A DNA stretch of 64,000 nt from positions 1 to 64,000 of the forward strand of contig CAVSGI010000003.1 in NCBI GenBank assembly GCA_963727445.1, in the 5' to 3' direction. This stretch comes from an uncultured delta proteobacterium (GTDB lineage Bacteria; Myxococcota_A; Polyangia; Polyangiales; B10-G4). The notes under the pieces are model-generated. The model was not told where the DNA came from and did no database searches. It saw nothing but the letters and a program-made list of their open reading frames with translations. How positions within the stretch are numbered: position 1 is the stretch's first letter; every line of letters begins with the position of its first letter. Below, piece after piece: positions 12,456 to 24,344 of the stretch. The position numbers and the translations under genes are program-made.

Positions 12456-13029
12456 GCGACGCGTGGTGCTCGCGCTCCTTTGCGCGCTCCTCGCGGCCTG
12501 CTCCGTCGGCACCGGCGAGGGCCGCGCGGAGGGGGTGATCAACATCCCGCAATGCGAGCTCCTCGACACGCCCTACAGCATGCAGCCGTCGTTCTGGGGC
12601 GGGGAGCTGGTGGTGGACGACCAGCTCGAGATCCGGATGCAGCGCAGTGGCGCCCTCGAGAGCGCGAGCGATGGGCTGCGGGTCCTGGTGCGCGACCCCG
12701 CCATGGTGAAGCAGGACCTTCTGGGCAGCCCGATCACCCTCGAGAGCCTCGACCCCGAGACGCCCTTGATCCGCATGAGCCTCTACCTGAACAAGACCTG
12801 CCCGGTGGAGCTCGACCGTATCCCCGTCAACTACGAGTCGATCGCCGGAACGGTCACCTTCGACGCCATCTACGCCCCCTCCGTCGACGACAAGGACTTC
12901 CGGATCTCGATGCGCTTCGACAACGTCCGCTTCGAGGCCTCCACACGCTCCGAAGCGCGCTACGCGATCCTGGAAGGCGACATGGACTTCCTCTTCAACC
13001 GTGGCCGGCCGGCGCAGCGCTATCCCTGA
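12433..13029 (+). CDS. Hypothetical lipoprotein (start uncertain)
   Basis: Lipobox LLAAC; C-terminus [13 protein letters not shown]; coupled to neighbouring genes. Confidence 0.65.
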   Translation: MGSSSGVERRVVLALLCALLAACSVGTGEGRAEGVINIPQCELLDTPYSMQPSFWGGELVVDDQLEIRMQRSGALESASDGLRVLVRDPAMVKQDLLGSPITLESLDPETPLIRMSLYLNKTCPVELDRIPVNYESIAGTVTFDAIYAPSVDDKDFRISMRFDNVRFEASTRSEARYAILEGDMDFLFNRGRPAQRYP

Positions 13030-14263
13030 GCTCGAGGGTCGGGTCCGCGACCTCGGGAGCCGGGGAGAAGCGGTGGTCGAGACCGAGGGTGGGGTGGTCT
13101 TCGTTCCCGGGGCGCTCCCCGGCGAGCGCGTGCGCATCGCGCTGGAGAAGGGGCCCAGGTCGAAGCGGCGACGGAGCGGCGTGCGGCGCGGTCGGCTGGT
13201 GGCGATCCTCGAGCCTTCCGCCGACCGGGTGACGCCGCGCTGCGCGCACCAGGGCCGCTGCGGCGGCTGTCCGCTGATGATCCTCTCGGCCGATGCCCAG
13301 GCCCGCTTCAAGGCGCGCGCAGCCTCCGAGGCGACGGGCCTCGCCGTCACCCTCGCGCGTGCCGGCGCGCCTCCGCGCTACCGACGGCGGGCGCGCCTCG
13401 CTTTCGCCAAAGGGCGACTCGGCTACCGCCACCCGCGGAGCAAGCGCATCGTCGACATCGACGCCTGCCCCATCCTCGAACGAAGCCTCGAGGACGCGCT
13501 CACGCTGGTTCGCCGAGCGCTCCTGCCGCGTCTCGATGGGGACGGGGAGCTCACGCTCGTCCGCGGGGCGGAGCAGCCGGCGCTGTGGATCCGGAGCGAA
13601 ACGCCCCAGAGCGCAGAGGTCTATGCGTGGCTACGGGAAGCGGTCGCGAAGGGACAGCTCGCGGGCGTGAGCCTCGCCGTCGGCGGCACGGCGCCCGCGG
13701 TGATGGGGGCGCCGGAGGAGGTGGGCCTCGACGCGGACGGGGCGCCCCTCATCGGGCCGGCCTTCGGCTTTTCCCAGGCAAACGCCGCGGTCAACAGAGC
13801 CCTCGTCGACCGGGTGGTCGCGCTGGCCGCCCCAAAGGGCGCGGCGGTGCTCGAGCTCTACGCGGGCCACGGAAACCTCACCATTGCCCTCGCGGCGCAG
13901 GCCGCCACCTTGGTCGCGGTCGAGCAGCAGCCGGAGGCGGCACGGGCTCTCGAAGACAACCTCGGTCGGCGGGGCCTCCGCGCCCGGGTGATCGCAGCCG
14001 ACGCGGCCGAGGGCGCGAGGCGTCGAAAGGCCGACGTCGTCGTCCTCGATCCCCCGCGCGCCGGCGCGCGCGACGCCATCGCGGCCATCGTCGCGGCCGA
14101 CCCCGCGCGCATCGTCTACGTCTCCTGCGACCTCGCGACCCTGCGGCGCGACCTCGGGGCCCTGCGCGAGAGCGGCTACGAAGCGGTGCAGGCCGACGCC
14201 TTCGACATGTTCCCCGAGACGGCCCACCTCGAAACCGTGGTTCTGCTGCAGAAGAAGCGCTGA
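13001..14263 (+). CDS. rlmD: RlmD/TrmA-family m5U RNA methyltransferase with TRAM domain
   Basis: [20 protein letters not shown]e-S motif, [38 protein letters not shown]. Confidence 0.85.
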   Translation: MAGRRSAIPELEGRVRDLGSRGEAVVETEGGVVFVPGALPGERVRIALEKGPRSKRRRSGVRRGRLVAILEPSADRVTPRCAHQGRCGGCPLMILSADAQARFKARAASEATGLAVTLARAGAPPRYRRRARLAFAKGRLGYRHPRSKRIVDIDACPILERSLEDALTLVRRALLPRLDGDGELTLVRGAEQPALWIRSETPQSAEVYAWLREAVAKGQLAGVSLAVGGTAPAVMGAPEEVGLDADGAPLIGPAFGFSQANAAVNRALVDRVVALAAPKGAAVLELYAGHGNLTIALAAQAATLVAVEQQPEAARALEDNLGRRGLRARVIAADAAEGARRRKADVVVLDPPRAGARDAIAAIVAADPARIVYVSCDLATLRRDLGALRESGYEAVQADAFDMFPETAHLETVVLLQKKR

Positions 14264-14328
14264 GCGAGCGGGCGAATGGCGGCAATGGCTGCGCTGCGCC
14301 GAACGCGAATGTGATACGTTGCGGCGCC

Positions 14329-14804
14329 GTGAAGTGCCCTTACTGCGGTATCTTGGACAACAAGGTGATCGACTCCCGCCTCTCCCAGGGTGGCGAGGTG
14401 ACCCGCCGGCGACGTGAATGCGATGGATGCGGCCGTCGCTACACGACGTACGAGCGCGTCGAGCAGGTGATGCCCCTGGTGGTGAAGAGCGACGGTCGTC
14501 GCCAGCCGTGGGACCGGGTGAAGATCCTCGCGGGCCTGCGGCGCGCGGTCGTGAAGCGGCCGATCACCGCCGAGGCGATGGAGCGGCTGGTCGAGTCCCT
14601 CGAGCGCGATCTGGTGGACACCGGCGACAAGGAGGTCCAGGCGAAGGTGATCGGCGAAAAGGTCATCGAGGCGCTCCGCGACCTCGATCCCGTCGCCTAC
14701 GTGCGCTTCGCCAGCGTCTACCGCGAGTTCGAGGACCTCGATCGAGTTCATCGAGGAGCTCAAACGCCTCCGAGACGAAGGGGAGGGACAAGGGCGGGGG
14801 ATGA
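14329..14804 (+). CDS. nrdR: Transcriptional repressor NrdR (frameshift near 3' end)
   Basis: MKCPYCG...VIDSR...[20 protein letters not shown]-cone, [17 protein letters not shown]. Confidence 0.95.
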
Positions 14805-15894
14805 GCGACCAGGCGCGCCTCGACGAGCGGATGATGGGCCTGGCGCTGCGCGAGGGGCGCCAAAGGGCGACCGAGCCCGAACCCGCACGTCGGCGCGGTG
14901 CTGGCCAAGGGCGGCAAGTGGTGGCGCGGGGGTATCACGCGCGAGCCGGTCAGGCGCACGCCGAGGTCGTCGCGATCGATCGCGCGCAAGCGCGCCGCCC
15001 GGGGGGCCACCCTCTACGTGCACGCTCGAGCCCTGCAACCACCACGGTCGCACCGGCCCCTGCACCGAAGCGATCCTCGCGGCGGGCATCCGCCGCGTGG
15101 TGATCGGCGCACGGGATCCCGACGCCCGCACGACAACGAACGCGCATTCGCAAGCTCGCGCCGCGCTGGCGTCGAGGTGGAGGTGGGCGTCTGCCAGGCC
15201 GAGGCCGACCGTCTCGTCGCCGACTTCGCCAGCCACATCCGCACGAAGCGGCCGTCGGGTCACTCTAAGGCCGCCGTCACCCTCGACGGCCGCATCGCCA
15301 CCCGCAGCGGGGACTCGAAGTGGATCACCGGCCCCGAAGCGCGGCGCCACGCGCACCGCCTGCGGGACCGCGGCGACGCGGTGATGGTCGGGGTGGGGAC
15401 GGTGCTCGCCGACGACCCCCAGCTCACGGTGCGCGCACGTGCGCGGCATCAGCCCCCTGAGGGTGATCGTCGACTCGCGCCTCCGCACCCCCCCGGACGC
15501 CGCCATCCTCGACGAGGCCGCACCGACGCTGATCTTCCATGGCGACAAGGCGCCGCGCACCCGCCACAAGAAGCTCGCGCGCAACGGGGTCGAGCTCTTC
15601 GAGGTCGCGCGCGGGCCCGAGGGCCTCGCGCTCGACGCCATCCTCGCCGAGCTCGGGCGCCGCAACGTCGTCCGGCTCCTCGTCGAAGGGGGCGGCCGGC
15701 TCCACGGCGCGCTCCTCGACCAGGGCATCGCCGACGCGGCGGCCATCTTCGTCGCCCCCCTCATCCTCGGCGATGGCGAGGGCATGTCCCTCGCCATGGG
15801 CCACGCGCGAAGCCGAATCGAGGAAGCGAGGCGCCTGAAATCGCCGAGAATCCGGCGCTTCGGGGAGGACGTGCTGGTGGAAGGGGAGCTCTGA
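14801..15894 (+). CDS. ribD: Riboflavin deaminase/reductase (several frameshifts)
   Basis: [68 protein letters not shown]. Confidence 0.92.
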
Positions 15895-15940
15895 TTGTCG
15901 GCTCGACCCCTCGGCCCCATGGGACTATGAAGCGAGCCCG

Positions 15941-17087
15941 ATGATCAGCGAAGAAGCAAGAGCCCAGGTCGAAAAGGCCCTCGAGGAGATCCGCCGGGGT
16001 CGGATGGTGATCCTGGTCGACGACGAGGATCGCGAGAACGAGGGCGACCTGGTGATGGCGGCCGACGCGGTGACGCCGGAGGCCATCAACTTCATGGCGC
16101 GGAACGGCCGCGGTCTGATCTGCCTAGCCTCACCGAGGAGCGGGTGCAGAGCTCGGGCTGCCGATGATGGTGGACGACAACCGCTCGAGCCCGCTCCACC
16201 GCCTTCACCGTCTCCATCGAGGCCCGCGAAGGCGTGACCACGGGGATCAGCGCCGCCGACCGCGCGCACACCATCGCCGCGGCGGTGGCCAAAGACGCCA
16301 AGCCTCGGGACATCGTGAGCCCCGGCCACGTCTTCCCCCTCAAGGCGCGCCCCGGTGGCGTGCTCCAGCGCTCCGGCCATACCGAGGGCTCGGTCGATCT
16401 CGCGCGCCTCGCGGGGCGCGACCCCGCGGGCGTGATCTGCGAGATCATGAACGAGGACGGCACGATGGCCCGCTACGCGGACCTCCTCGAGTTCGCCGAG
16501 AAGCACGAGCTGACGCATCCTCTCCATCGCCGACCTGATCCAGTACCGCCTCGCGAACGAGCGCCTGATCGACCGACGCCGGAGCGGCGCGGTCACGCTC
16601 GGGACGGGGACGACCTGGAAGGCGCACGTCTACGGCGTCAGCGTGGAAGAGCGCCAGGCCCTCGCGCTCACCCTCGGCGAGATCGACGAGCGGCCGACGC
16701 TCGTTCGCGTGCACACGGGCAGCGTTCTCGCCGACGTCTTCGGGGTGCGGACCTCGATGCGCGTCGTGCTCCCCCAGGCCATGGCGCGCATCGAGGCCGA
16801 GGGCAGGGGGGTGATCCTCTTCTTGCCGGGGAAGGTGGACCTCGACCGGGACCTCGCCTTCCACCGGCGACGAGCTGCTCCGGCGCCCCCCACGGACCGC
16901 GGGGAGGTGCTGCGCGAGTATGGCGTCGGCGCCCAGATCCTCGCTGATCTCGGTCTGCGGCCGCATTCGTCTCCTGACCAACCGGCCACGCCGGATCGCG
17001 GGCCTCGAAGGCTATGGGCTCGAGGTGGTGGAGCAGCTGCTCCTCGAAGCGCCTCAAGAAGAGGCCACCGAGCACACCACACACTAA
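15941..17087 (+). CDS. ribB: DHBP synthase fused to a degenerate GTP cyclohydrolase II-like domain (RibBX type), frameshifted
   Basis: [55 protein letters not shown]-terminal domain [14 protein letters not shown] lacks the Zn-binding cysteines. Confidence 0.88.
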
Positions 17088-17096
17088 GATCCGGCC

Positions 17097-17591
<495 letters not shown>

Positions 17592-17597
17592 CGCACG

Positions 17598-18008
17598 ATG
17601 GGCTCGCGGCGAAAAGGGCGGGAAGCCGCGCTTCAGATCCTCTTTCAGATCGACGTGTCGGATCAGAGCGCCGAGCAGGCCATCCGTACCTTCTGGGGCA
17701 GCCTGGCGGCGGGCCGTGAGGGCGAGAGCTTCGCCAACGCCCTCGTGCGCGGCTTCTGGGATCGGCGCGAGGAGATCGACGAGATCATCCGCGGTGTGAG
17801 CCGCCACTGGCGGCTCGAGCGCATGACGCGCGTCGACCGAAACATCCTGCGCCTCGCGACCTACGAGCTCGCCCACCTCGAAGACGTCCCGCGCCGGGTC
17901 ACCCTCAACGAGGCGGTGGAGCTGGCGAAGCGATTCGGCAGCGAAGGCAGCGCCGGCTTCGTCAACGGCGTGCTCGACAGGATCGCGAGCGACCTCGAAA
18001 AGGAGTGA
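17598..18008 (+). CDS. nusB: Transcription antitermination factor NusB
   Basis: RRKGREAALQILF, VDRNILRLA, NEAVELAKRFG, FVNGVLD. Confidence 0.97.
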   Translation: MGSRRKGREAALQILFQIDVSDQSAEQAIRTFWGSLAAGREGESFANALVRGFWDRREEIDEIIRGVSRHWRLERMTRVDRNILRLATYELAHLEDVPRRVTLNEAVELAKRFGSEGSAGFVNGVLDRIASDLEKE

Positions 18009-18012
18009 ACGC

Positions 18013-18540
18013 TTGGACGTTCGCTTCGTGACATCGGACCTCCGGCACTTCGACGAGGTGCGGGCCGAGGCGATGGCCCTGCCGCTCTTCGCGGGCGACA
18101 AGCCGCTTCGCGGCGCCCTGGGCCTCGTCGATTGGCGTCTCTGCGGCGCCCTCGCCGAGGCCGTCAAAGCGGGGCGATTCACGGGGGAGGCCGGCGAGCG
18201 TCTGCTCCTCTGTGGCCGGCCGAAGCTCTCCTTCGACAAGCTCATCGTCTATGGCGTGGGCGCGCGGGAGAGCTTCGACGGCGAAGCGTTCTCGGACTCG
18301 CTGCGCGGCCTCTTCGACGCGCTCGGTCGCGCCCGCGTGCGCTCGTCGCTGGTCCTGTTGCCCGGTCGTGAGGCGGGCCTCGAGCGCGCCGCAGAAGCCA
18401 TGGAGCTCTTCCTCGCCGCCGTGGGCGACGCCCCCGATCACGACGAGGTGACCCTCATCGAAGAGGTCGAGGCGCAGAAGGAGATGGCCCCGGTGGTGGA
18501 GCGGGCGAAACGGCGGGCGCGGGCGCAGCGGCTGGACTAG
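18013..18540 (+). CDS. Stand-alone peptidase M17 N-terminal-like domain protein
   Basis: PLRGALGLVDWRLCGAL...FTGEAGERLLL...KLIVYGVG; no catalytic domain. Confidence 0.7.
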   Translation: MDVRFVTSDLRHFDEVRAEAMALPLFAGDKPLRGALGLVDWRLCGALAEAVKAGRFTGEAGERLLLCGRPKLSFDKLIVYGVGARESFDGEAFSDSLRGLFDALGRARVRSSLVLLPGREAGLERAAEAMELFLAAVGDAPDHDEVTLIEEVEAQKEMAPVVERAKRRARAQRLD

Positions 18541-18553
18541 GGAGGACGCTCCG

Positions 18554-19405
18554 CTAGCGCTTCTTCTTCGCGGGGGCCTTGCGCTTCGGCGCGGCCTTCT
18601 TCTTGGCGGCCTTCTTGGTCGTCTTCTTCGTGACCTTCTTGGCGGGGGCCTTGCGCTTCGGCGCGGCCTTCTTCTTGGCGGCCTTCTTGGTCGTCTTCTT
18701 CGTGACCTTCTTGGCGGCCTTCTTCTTGGCGGCCTTCTTGGTCGTCTTCTTCGTGACCTTCTTGGCGGGGGCCTTGCGCTTCGGCGCGGCCTTCTTCTTG
18801 GTCGCCTTCTTGGCGGCCTTCTTCGCGACAGGCTTTTCCCCGGCCCGCTTGGCCGCGGCCTTCTTGGTCGCGGTCTTGGCGGTCTTCTTCTGGTTGGCGG
18901 GGCGGGGGCTGGTCGGGGGCCGCACGCTGCCGGGGCGGGCCGAGGTGACGCCTGGGATGGGGAGGCGCCGGGCCTTCGACGCGGCCCGCACGGCGGCCTT
19001 CATCGCCCCCGGCTTGGAGAAGAACTTCTTCATCGGGTCGAGGTAGTTGCTCCGCCAACCCTTCTTGTACTGCTCCTCTTGGCCCTCGGGGATGTCGAAA
19101 TGGGCGATGGTGATCTTCGTGCCGCCGGGGACGGGCTCGAGATCCACTTCGACCCGCGACATCAGGGCGTCGGCCGGAAAATCCGTGGTTCGCCAGGTCA
19201 TCGAGATGCGGCGGCCCGTGTCCAACCCGGTGAGCATGCCTTCGATGTAGCCGTCCCAGGCCGTGTGGCGGCCTCCGACCCAGGGCTCGACGGTGGCGCG
19301 ACCGCCTGTGAAAGCACTGTGTTTCCGCTCGTCTAGCCAGGCGCTATACACCGCATTGGGGCTGGCGAGGACGACGCTGGAGATCCGGAAGTTTTCTTCG
19401 CTCAT
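18554..19405 (-). CDS. SRPBCC/AHSA1 domain protein with histone-H1-like Lys/Ala-rich tail
   Basis: ASPNAVYSAWLD...WDGYIEG...MTWRT...GWRSNYLDPMKKFF, followed by KKAAPKRKAPAKKVTKKTTKK repeats. Confidence 0.85.
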   Translation of the reverse strand: MSEENFRISSVVLASPNAVYSAWLDERKHSAFTGGRATVEPWVGGRHTAWDGYIEGMLTGLDTGRRISMTWRTTDFPADALMSRVEVDLEPVPGGTKITIAHFDIPEGQEEQYKKGWRSNYLDPMKKFFSKPGAMKAAVRAASKARRLPIPGVTSARPGSVRPPTSPRPANQKKTAKTATKKAAAKRAGEKPVAKKAAKKATKKKAAPKRKAPAKKVTKKTTKKAAKKKAAKKVTKKTTKKAAKKKAAPKRKAPAKKVTKKTTKKAAKKKAAPKRKAPAKKKR

Positions 19406-19575
19406 GTCCGGGGCCTCTCGAGGCTCGGGTGGTCCGAGGTACGACAGCAAGCATAGGGAGCGGGAGGGGGCCAGGGCAACAAGTCGGCGCGAATCATTCT
19501 TGGCACCCGGACTGGGGTATGTTGAATCTCACGGCCGTGAACGACGTTCACGCCGTCGTCGGCTAGGATGGCGCC

Positions 19576-20238
19576 GTGCGCGCGGCGGATCTCCTTCGGG
19601 CCCTTTCGATGGGGACCCTCATCCTCGTGGGGGGGTGTTTCGGCAACGAGAGCAGTGAGTTCCCCCCGGGGCTCGAGCCCCTCGAGGAGAACATGGCTCC
19701 CGACCCCGACCCCGTGGACGGTGATCCCTATCCGGAAGCGCTCTCTCTGATTCGCGGTGAAACCCCCGAATATCAGTGGGTTCAGGCGCGCGGCTACGTG
19801 AAGGCGCCGATCATGGATGTCTATGACATCATCACCGATCCGGAGGTCGCCGTGGACCAGCGGGCCGACGCGCGTTGGACGGTGACCCTCGACACCGAAC
19901 CCGAGTACGACCGCTCCTTCCTGCTCCACAACGAGGTCGACAACTTCATCACCGTCGTCTTCGACGTGAACTGGCGCTTCGGGATCGTCACCGAGGAGAA
20001 CTTCGAGCCCACCCTGATCTCGGGGACCTTCGCGAAGACCTACGGGACCGAGTTCATCTCCTTGATGCGCGGTTCGATCATGCTTCGCCGTATCGACGAC
20101 AACACCACCGAGATCGGGTTCATCGAGCACATCAAGGCGGCGACGGGTGGCGGCGACGACGTCGAAGCGTTCATTCGTGACTATTTCGACGAGACCGTGC
20201 TCGTCTCGAACGGTGAGCCGCTTCCGACCTACATGTGA
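19576..20238 (+). CDS. Hypothetical lipoprotein, possible START/SRPBCC-like fold
   Basis: Lipobox [23 protein letters not shown]...[16 protein letters not shown] pattern. Confidence 0.6.
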   Translation: MRAADLLRALSMGTLILVGGCFGNESSEFPPGLEPLEENMAPDPDPVDGDPYPEALSLIRGETPEYQWVQARGYVKAPIMDVYDIITDPEVAVDQRADARWTVTLDTEPEYDRSFLLHNEVDNFITVVFDVNWRFGIVTEENFEPTLISGTFAKTYGTEFISLMRGSIMLRRIDDNTTEIGFIEHIKAATGGGDDVEAFIRDYFDETVLVSNGEPLPTYM

Positions 20239-20256
20239 CAGCCGGCCGGGGCGCAT

Positions 20257-23200
20257 GTGTCATCCCCGATAACACGCGCCCATGAGGTCTGGATCGATCG
20301 CGGGGGCACCTTCACCGACTGCCTGCTGCGCGATCGCCAGACCGGCCAGATCCGCGTCACCAAGGTGCTGAGCAGCGACGAGGCGCCGCTCTTGGGGATC
20401 CGCCACCTCCTCGGCCTGCCCCCGGACACCCCCATCCCGCCCTGCGACGTGCGCATGGGCACCACGCTGGCGACGAACGCGCTGCTCGAGCGGCGGGGCG
20501 AGCCGACCGCGCTCCTGATCACGCGCGGCTTCCGCGATGCGCTGCTCATCGGCGACCAGAGCCGGCCGCACCTCTTCGCGCTCGAGATCACGCGGATGCC
20601 CCCGCTCTACGGGACGGTGGTCGAGGTCGACGCGCGCATCGCGAGCGATGGCAGCGTCCTTTCGTCTCCCGACCCCGCGATCCTGGACCGGGACCTCGAG
20701 GCGCTGCGCCAGGCTGGCTATCGGAGCCTCGCGGTGGTGGTGCTCAACGGCTATCGCGCCCCCGCCATCGAAGAGGAGATCGGGGAGGCCGCCGCCCGCC
20801 ACGGCTTCGACGAGGTCTCGCTCTCGCACCGGGTGGCCGACGAGAATCGGACTTCTCGGGCGGGGCGACACCACCGTCGCCGATGCCTACCTGACGCCGC
20901 TCCTGAGCCGCTACCTCGCCCGCCTCGCGGAGGCGCTCCCCGACAGCCGCCTGCGCATCATGCAGTCCAGCGGCGGCCTGACGGACGCCGCGCGCTTTCG
21001 TGGGCGCAACGCGGTCCTGTCGGGCCCGGCCGGCGGCGTGGTGGCCCTCGGCCGCATCGCACGAGAGCAGGGCGAGGCCCAGGTGATCGGCTTCGACATG
21101 GGGGGCACCTCCACCGACGTCTCGAGGGTCGCCGGAAGCCCGGAGCGCGTCTATGAGACGCGGGTCGCGGGGGTCCGCCTGCGCACCCCGATGTTGAAGA
21201 TCCATACCATCGCCGCCGGCGGCGGCTCCATCTGTCGCTACGAGAGCGGCCGCTTCACGGTGGGCCCCGAGAGCGCGGGAGCCGAACCGGGCCCCCTCTG
21301 CTACGGCCAGCCGTCGGCCACCGAGATCACCCTCACCGACGTCAACCTCGCCCTCGGCCGCATCGTCCCGCAGCGATTCCCCTTCGCGCTGTCGCGCGCG
21401 CGGGTGGACGCAGCGCTCGCCCGGCTCGCGGAGCAGACGGGCTGGAGCCCGGCCGCCGTCGCTTCGGGCTTCTTCGAGGTGGCGGTGGCGTCGATGGCCT
21501 CGGCCATCGAGAAGGTGACGGTGGCGCGCGGTTACGACGCCCGCGATCACGCGCTGGTGGTCTTCGGCGGTGCGGGCGGCCAGCACGCCTGCGCCGTCGC
21601 GCGTCGCCTCGGGATCCGCACCCTCTACTTCCATCCCCTCGCCGGCGTTCTGTCGGCCTATGGGATGGGGGTGGCGGAGGTCTCCTGGCACGGCGAACGC
21701 GACCTCGACGCATCTGCCATCACCGATCCGTCCCTCCCGGCGCGCATCGTCGAACGCTTCGAAGAGCTCGAGGCCGAGGGCGCCGCCGTCCTGTCCGCCG
21801 AGGGTTTCGCCTCGCCCACCGAACGCCGGGCCGAGCGCTCGGTGGCCTTGCGCTACGCCGGCACCGAGACCGCCATCGCCCTGGGCGTCGAAGGGACCAT
21901 CGAGCTCCCTGCGCTGCGCCGGCGCTTCGACGAAGCCCACGCGCGACGCTTCGGCTACGCGCGCGAAGGCCACGCGGTGGAGGCGGTCACCGCCCGCTTG
22001 GAGGTGCGCTCGAACGTGTCTCCGCCGCGCTATGTTCCGCCCGAGCCCGCCGAGATGGCATCGATCGCCGCGCTGCCCGAGACCGCGCCCCTGGTCCTCG
22101 GGGGCGAGGTCGTCGAGGTTCCGCTCCGCGCCCGGGAAGCGCTCCAGGAGGGGGACCAGATCACGGGGCCGGCGCTGATCCTCGAAGAGACGGGCACCCT
22201 CGTCCTCGAACCCGGCTTCGCGCTGAGCGTAGGAGGCGATGGGATGCTGGTCGTTCGCGACACGGCCCCGGCCGAGAGCCTCGCGCGTCGCTTCGATCCC
22301 GAGCCGGTCGAATCCGGTGCAGCTCGAGGTGATGGCGAACCGCTTCGCGTCCATCGCGGAGCAGATGGGCGAGGTGCTGAGGCGCACGGCCGTGAGCACC
22401 AACATCCGGGACCGCCTGGACTACTCTTGCGCGGTCTTCGACCCCGACGGAGGGCTGGTGGCGAACGCGCCGCACATCCCGGTGCATCTCGGTGCGATGG
22501 GGGCGTCGGTGGAAGCGGTGCTCGCGGCGCATCCCGATCCGCGACCGGGGGACGTGTTCGTCACCAACGACCCCACCGCCGGTGGCTCGCACCTGCCGGA
22601 CATCACGGTGGTGACGCCGGTCTTCGACGAGGCCGGGGCGCTCGCCTTCTTCACCGCCTGCCGCGGCCATCACGCCGACATCGGGGGCATCACCCCCGGC
22701 TCCATGCCCGCCCGCTCCACCTCGATCGACGAAGAGGGCGTTCGCTTCGTGACCGAGCGGGTGGCGCACGAGGGCCACTTCGATCGCGACGCGGTGCTCG
22801 CCCGCCTGACGGCCGGCCCCCATCCCGCGCGCCGCCCTCAGGAGAACCTCGCCGACCTCGAAGCGCAGATCGCCGCCAACCACAAAGGCGCGCTCCTCTT
22901 GCACCAGCTCGTCGGGGAGCACGGCGCACGCTTCGTCGCGGCCTACATGCAGCACGTCCAGGACAACGCCGCGGCCTGCGTGGCGCAGGCCATCGGCGCG
23001 CTGCCGGACGGCACCTACCGTTTCGAAGACGCCCTCGACGATGGGACGAAGATCGCCGCGACGCTCGAGGTCGAGGGACAGCGGCTCAAAGTGGACTTCA
23101 CCGGCACGGCCCCCGCGCAGCCCACCAACCTGAACGCGCCCCGGGCGGTCACCCTCGCCGCCGTCCTCTACGTCCTTCGCTCCCTGGTGGGTGTGCCCAT

Positions 23201-23816
23201 CCCGCTGAACGCCGGGTGTCTCAGGCCCCTCACCCTGCACATCCCCGAGGGCTCGCTCCTCGACCCGCCGGCCGGGGCGGCGGTGGCTGGCGGCAACGTC
23301 GAGACCTCCCAGCGCATCGTCGACGTGCTATTGGGCGCCCTCGGTCGGGTGGCGGCGAGCCAGGGAACGATGAACAACGTGACCTTCGGTGACGAGAGCT
23401 TCGGCTACTACGAGACCCTCGGCGGCGGCGCCGGGGCCAGCCGCGACGCCGACGGCGCGAGCGGCGTCCACACCCACATGACCAACTCCCGCATCACCGA
23501 CCCGGAGATCCTCGAGGCGCGCTACCCGGTGCGGGTGCGGGAGTTCAGCCTTCGCCCGGGCTCGGGTGGACGAGGGCGTCATCGGGGCGGCGATGGCCTG
23601 GTGCGCGAGATCGAGGTGCTGTCGCCGATGAAGGTGACTGTGCTGAGCCAGCGCCGGCTGAAGCGGCCCTTCGGGCTCGAGGGCGGCGAGCCAGGCGCGG
23701 CGGGCCGAAACGTGCTCGGCGGACAGGACGTGGGGCCCATCGCCGAGCGGAACCTCCGCGCGGGGCAGAGCTTCCGAATCGAGACGCCCGGGGGCGGCGG
23801 GTTCGGAGCGGAGTAG
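20257..23816 (+). CDS. Fused hydantoinase A/B, 5-oxoprolinase family (two frameshifts)
   Basis: [95 protein letters not shown]. Confidence 0.93.
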
Positions 23817-23819
23817 GGC

Positions 23820-24344
23820 GTGTTCCGGAGGCTCAAGGACGTCATCGTTCACCGCATCCTCGGCGTGGCCGACACGCCGAAGCGGATCGCCTTCGGCGTG
23901 TTCCTCGGCTTCTTCGTGGCGATGACGCCGACCATCGGCTTTCAGATCATGCTCTACCTCGCCATCGCGACGCTCCTGCGCGCGAACAAGGTGGTGGGGA
24001 TCCCCATCCTCTTCATCTCGAATCCGGTGACGGCGGTGCCGCTCTACTGGTTCTGCTGGTGGCTGGGCGCACAAATCCTCGGGACCTCGGATTCGGGGAT
24101 GGATCGCTCGGTCCTCCAAGAACGGGTCTCGGAGGGTCAGCAGGCGGCGGGGGATTGGACGAGCCAGATCTGGACGACGCACTTCTGGAAGGACGCGCTC
24201 TCGACCCTCGCCGCGATGGGCACCGAGCTGTGGCTCGGCTCGATCGTCCTCGGCGTCGTGACCGGCGTCTTGGGCTACTTCCTCGCCCTATGGGGTGTGC
24301 GCCTCTATCGCCGCGCGCGCGGGCCTCGGCACAGCAAGATCTAG
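23820..24344 (+). CDS. DUF2062 family membrane protein
   Basis: DTPKRIAFGVFLGFF...P..G.Q...ISNPVT..PLY. Confidence 0.85.
   Translation: MFRRLKDVIVHRILGVADTPKRIAFGVFLGFFVAMTPTIGFQIMLYLAIATLLRANKVVGIPILFISNPVTAVPLYWFCWWLGAQILGTSDSGMDRSVLQERVSEGQQAAGDWTSQIWTTHFWKDALSTLAAMGTELWLGSIVLGVVTGVLGYFLALWGVRLYRRARGPRHSKI

Noticed and set aside
13585..15384. Apparent NrdR-RibD fusion
   Set aside because: Produced by indels; nrdR stop and ribD start overlap normally at ATGA (14801-14804).
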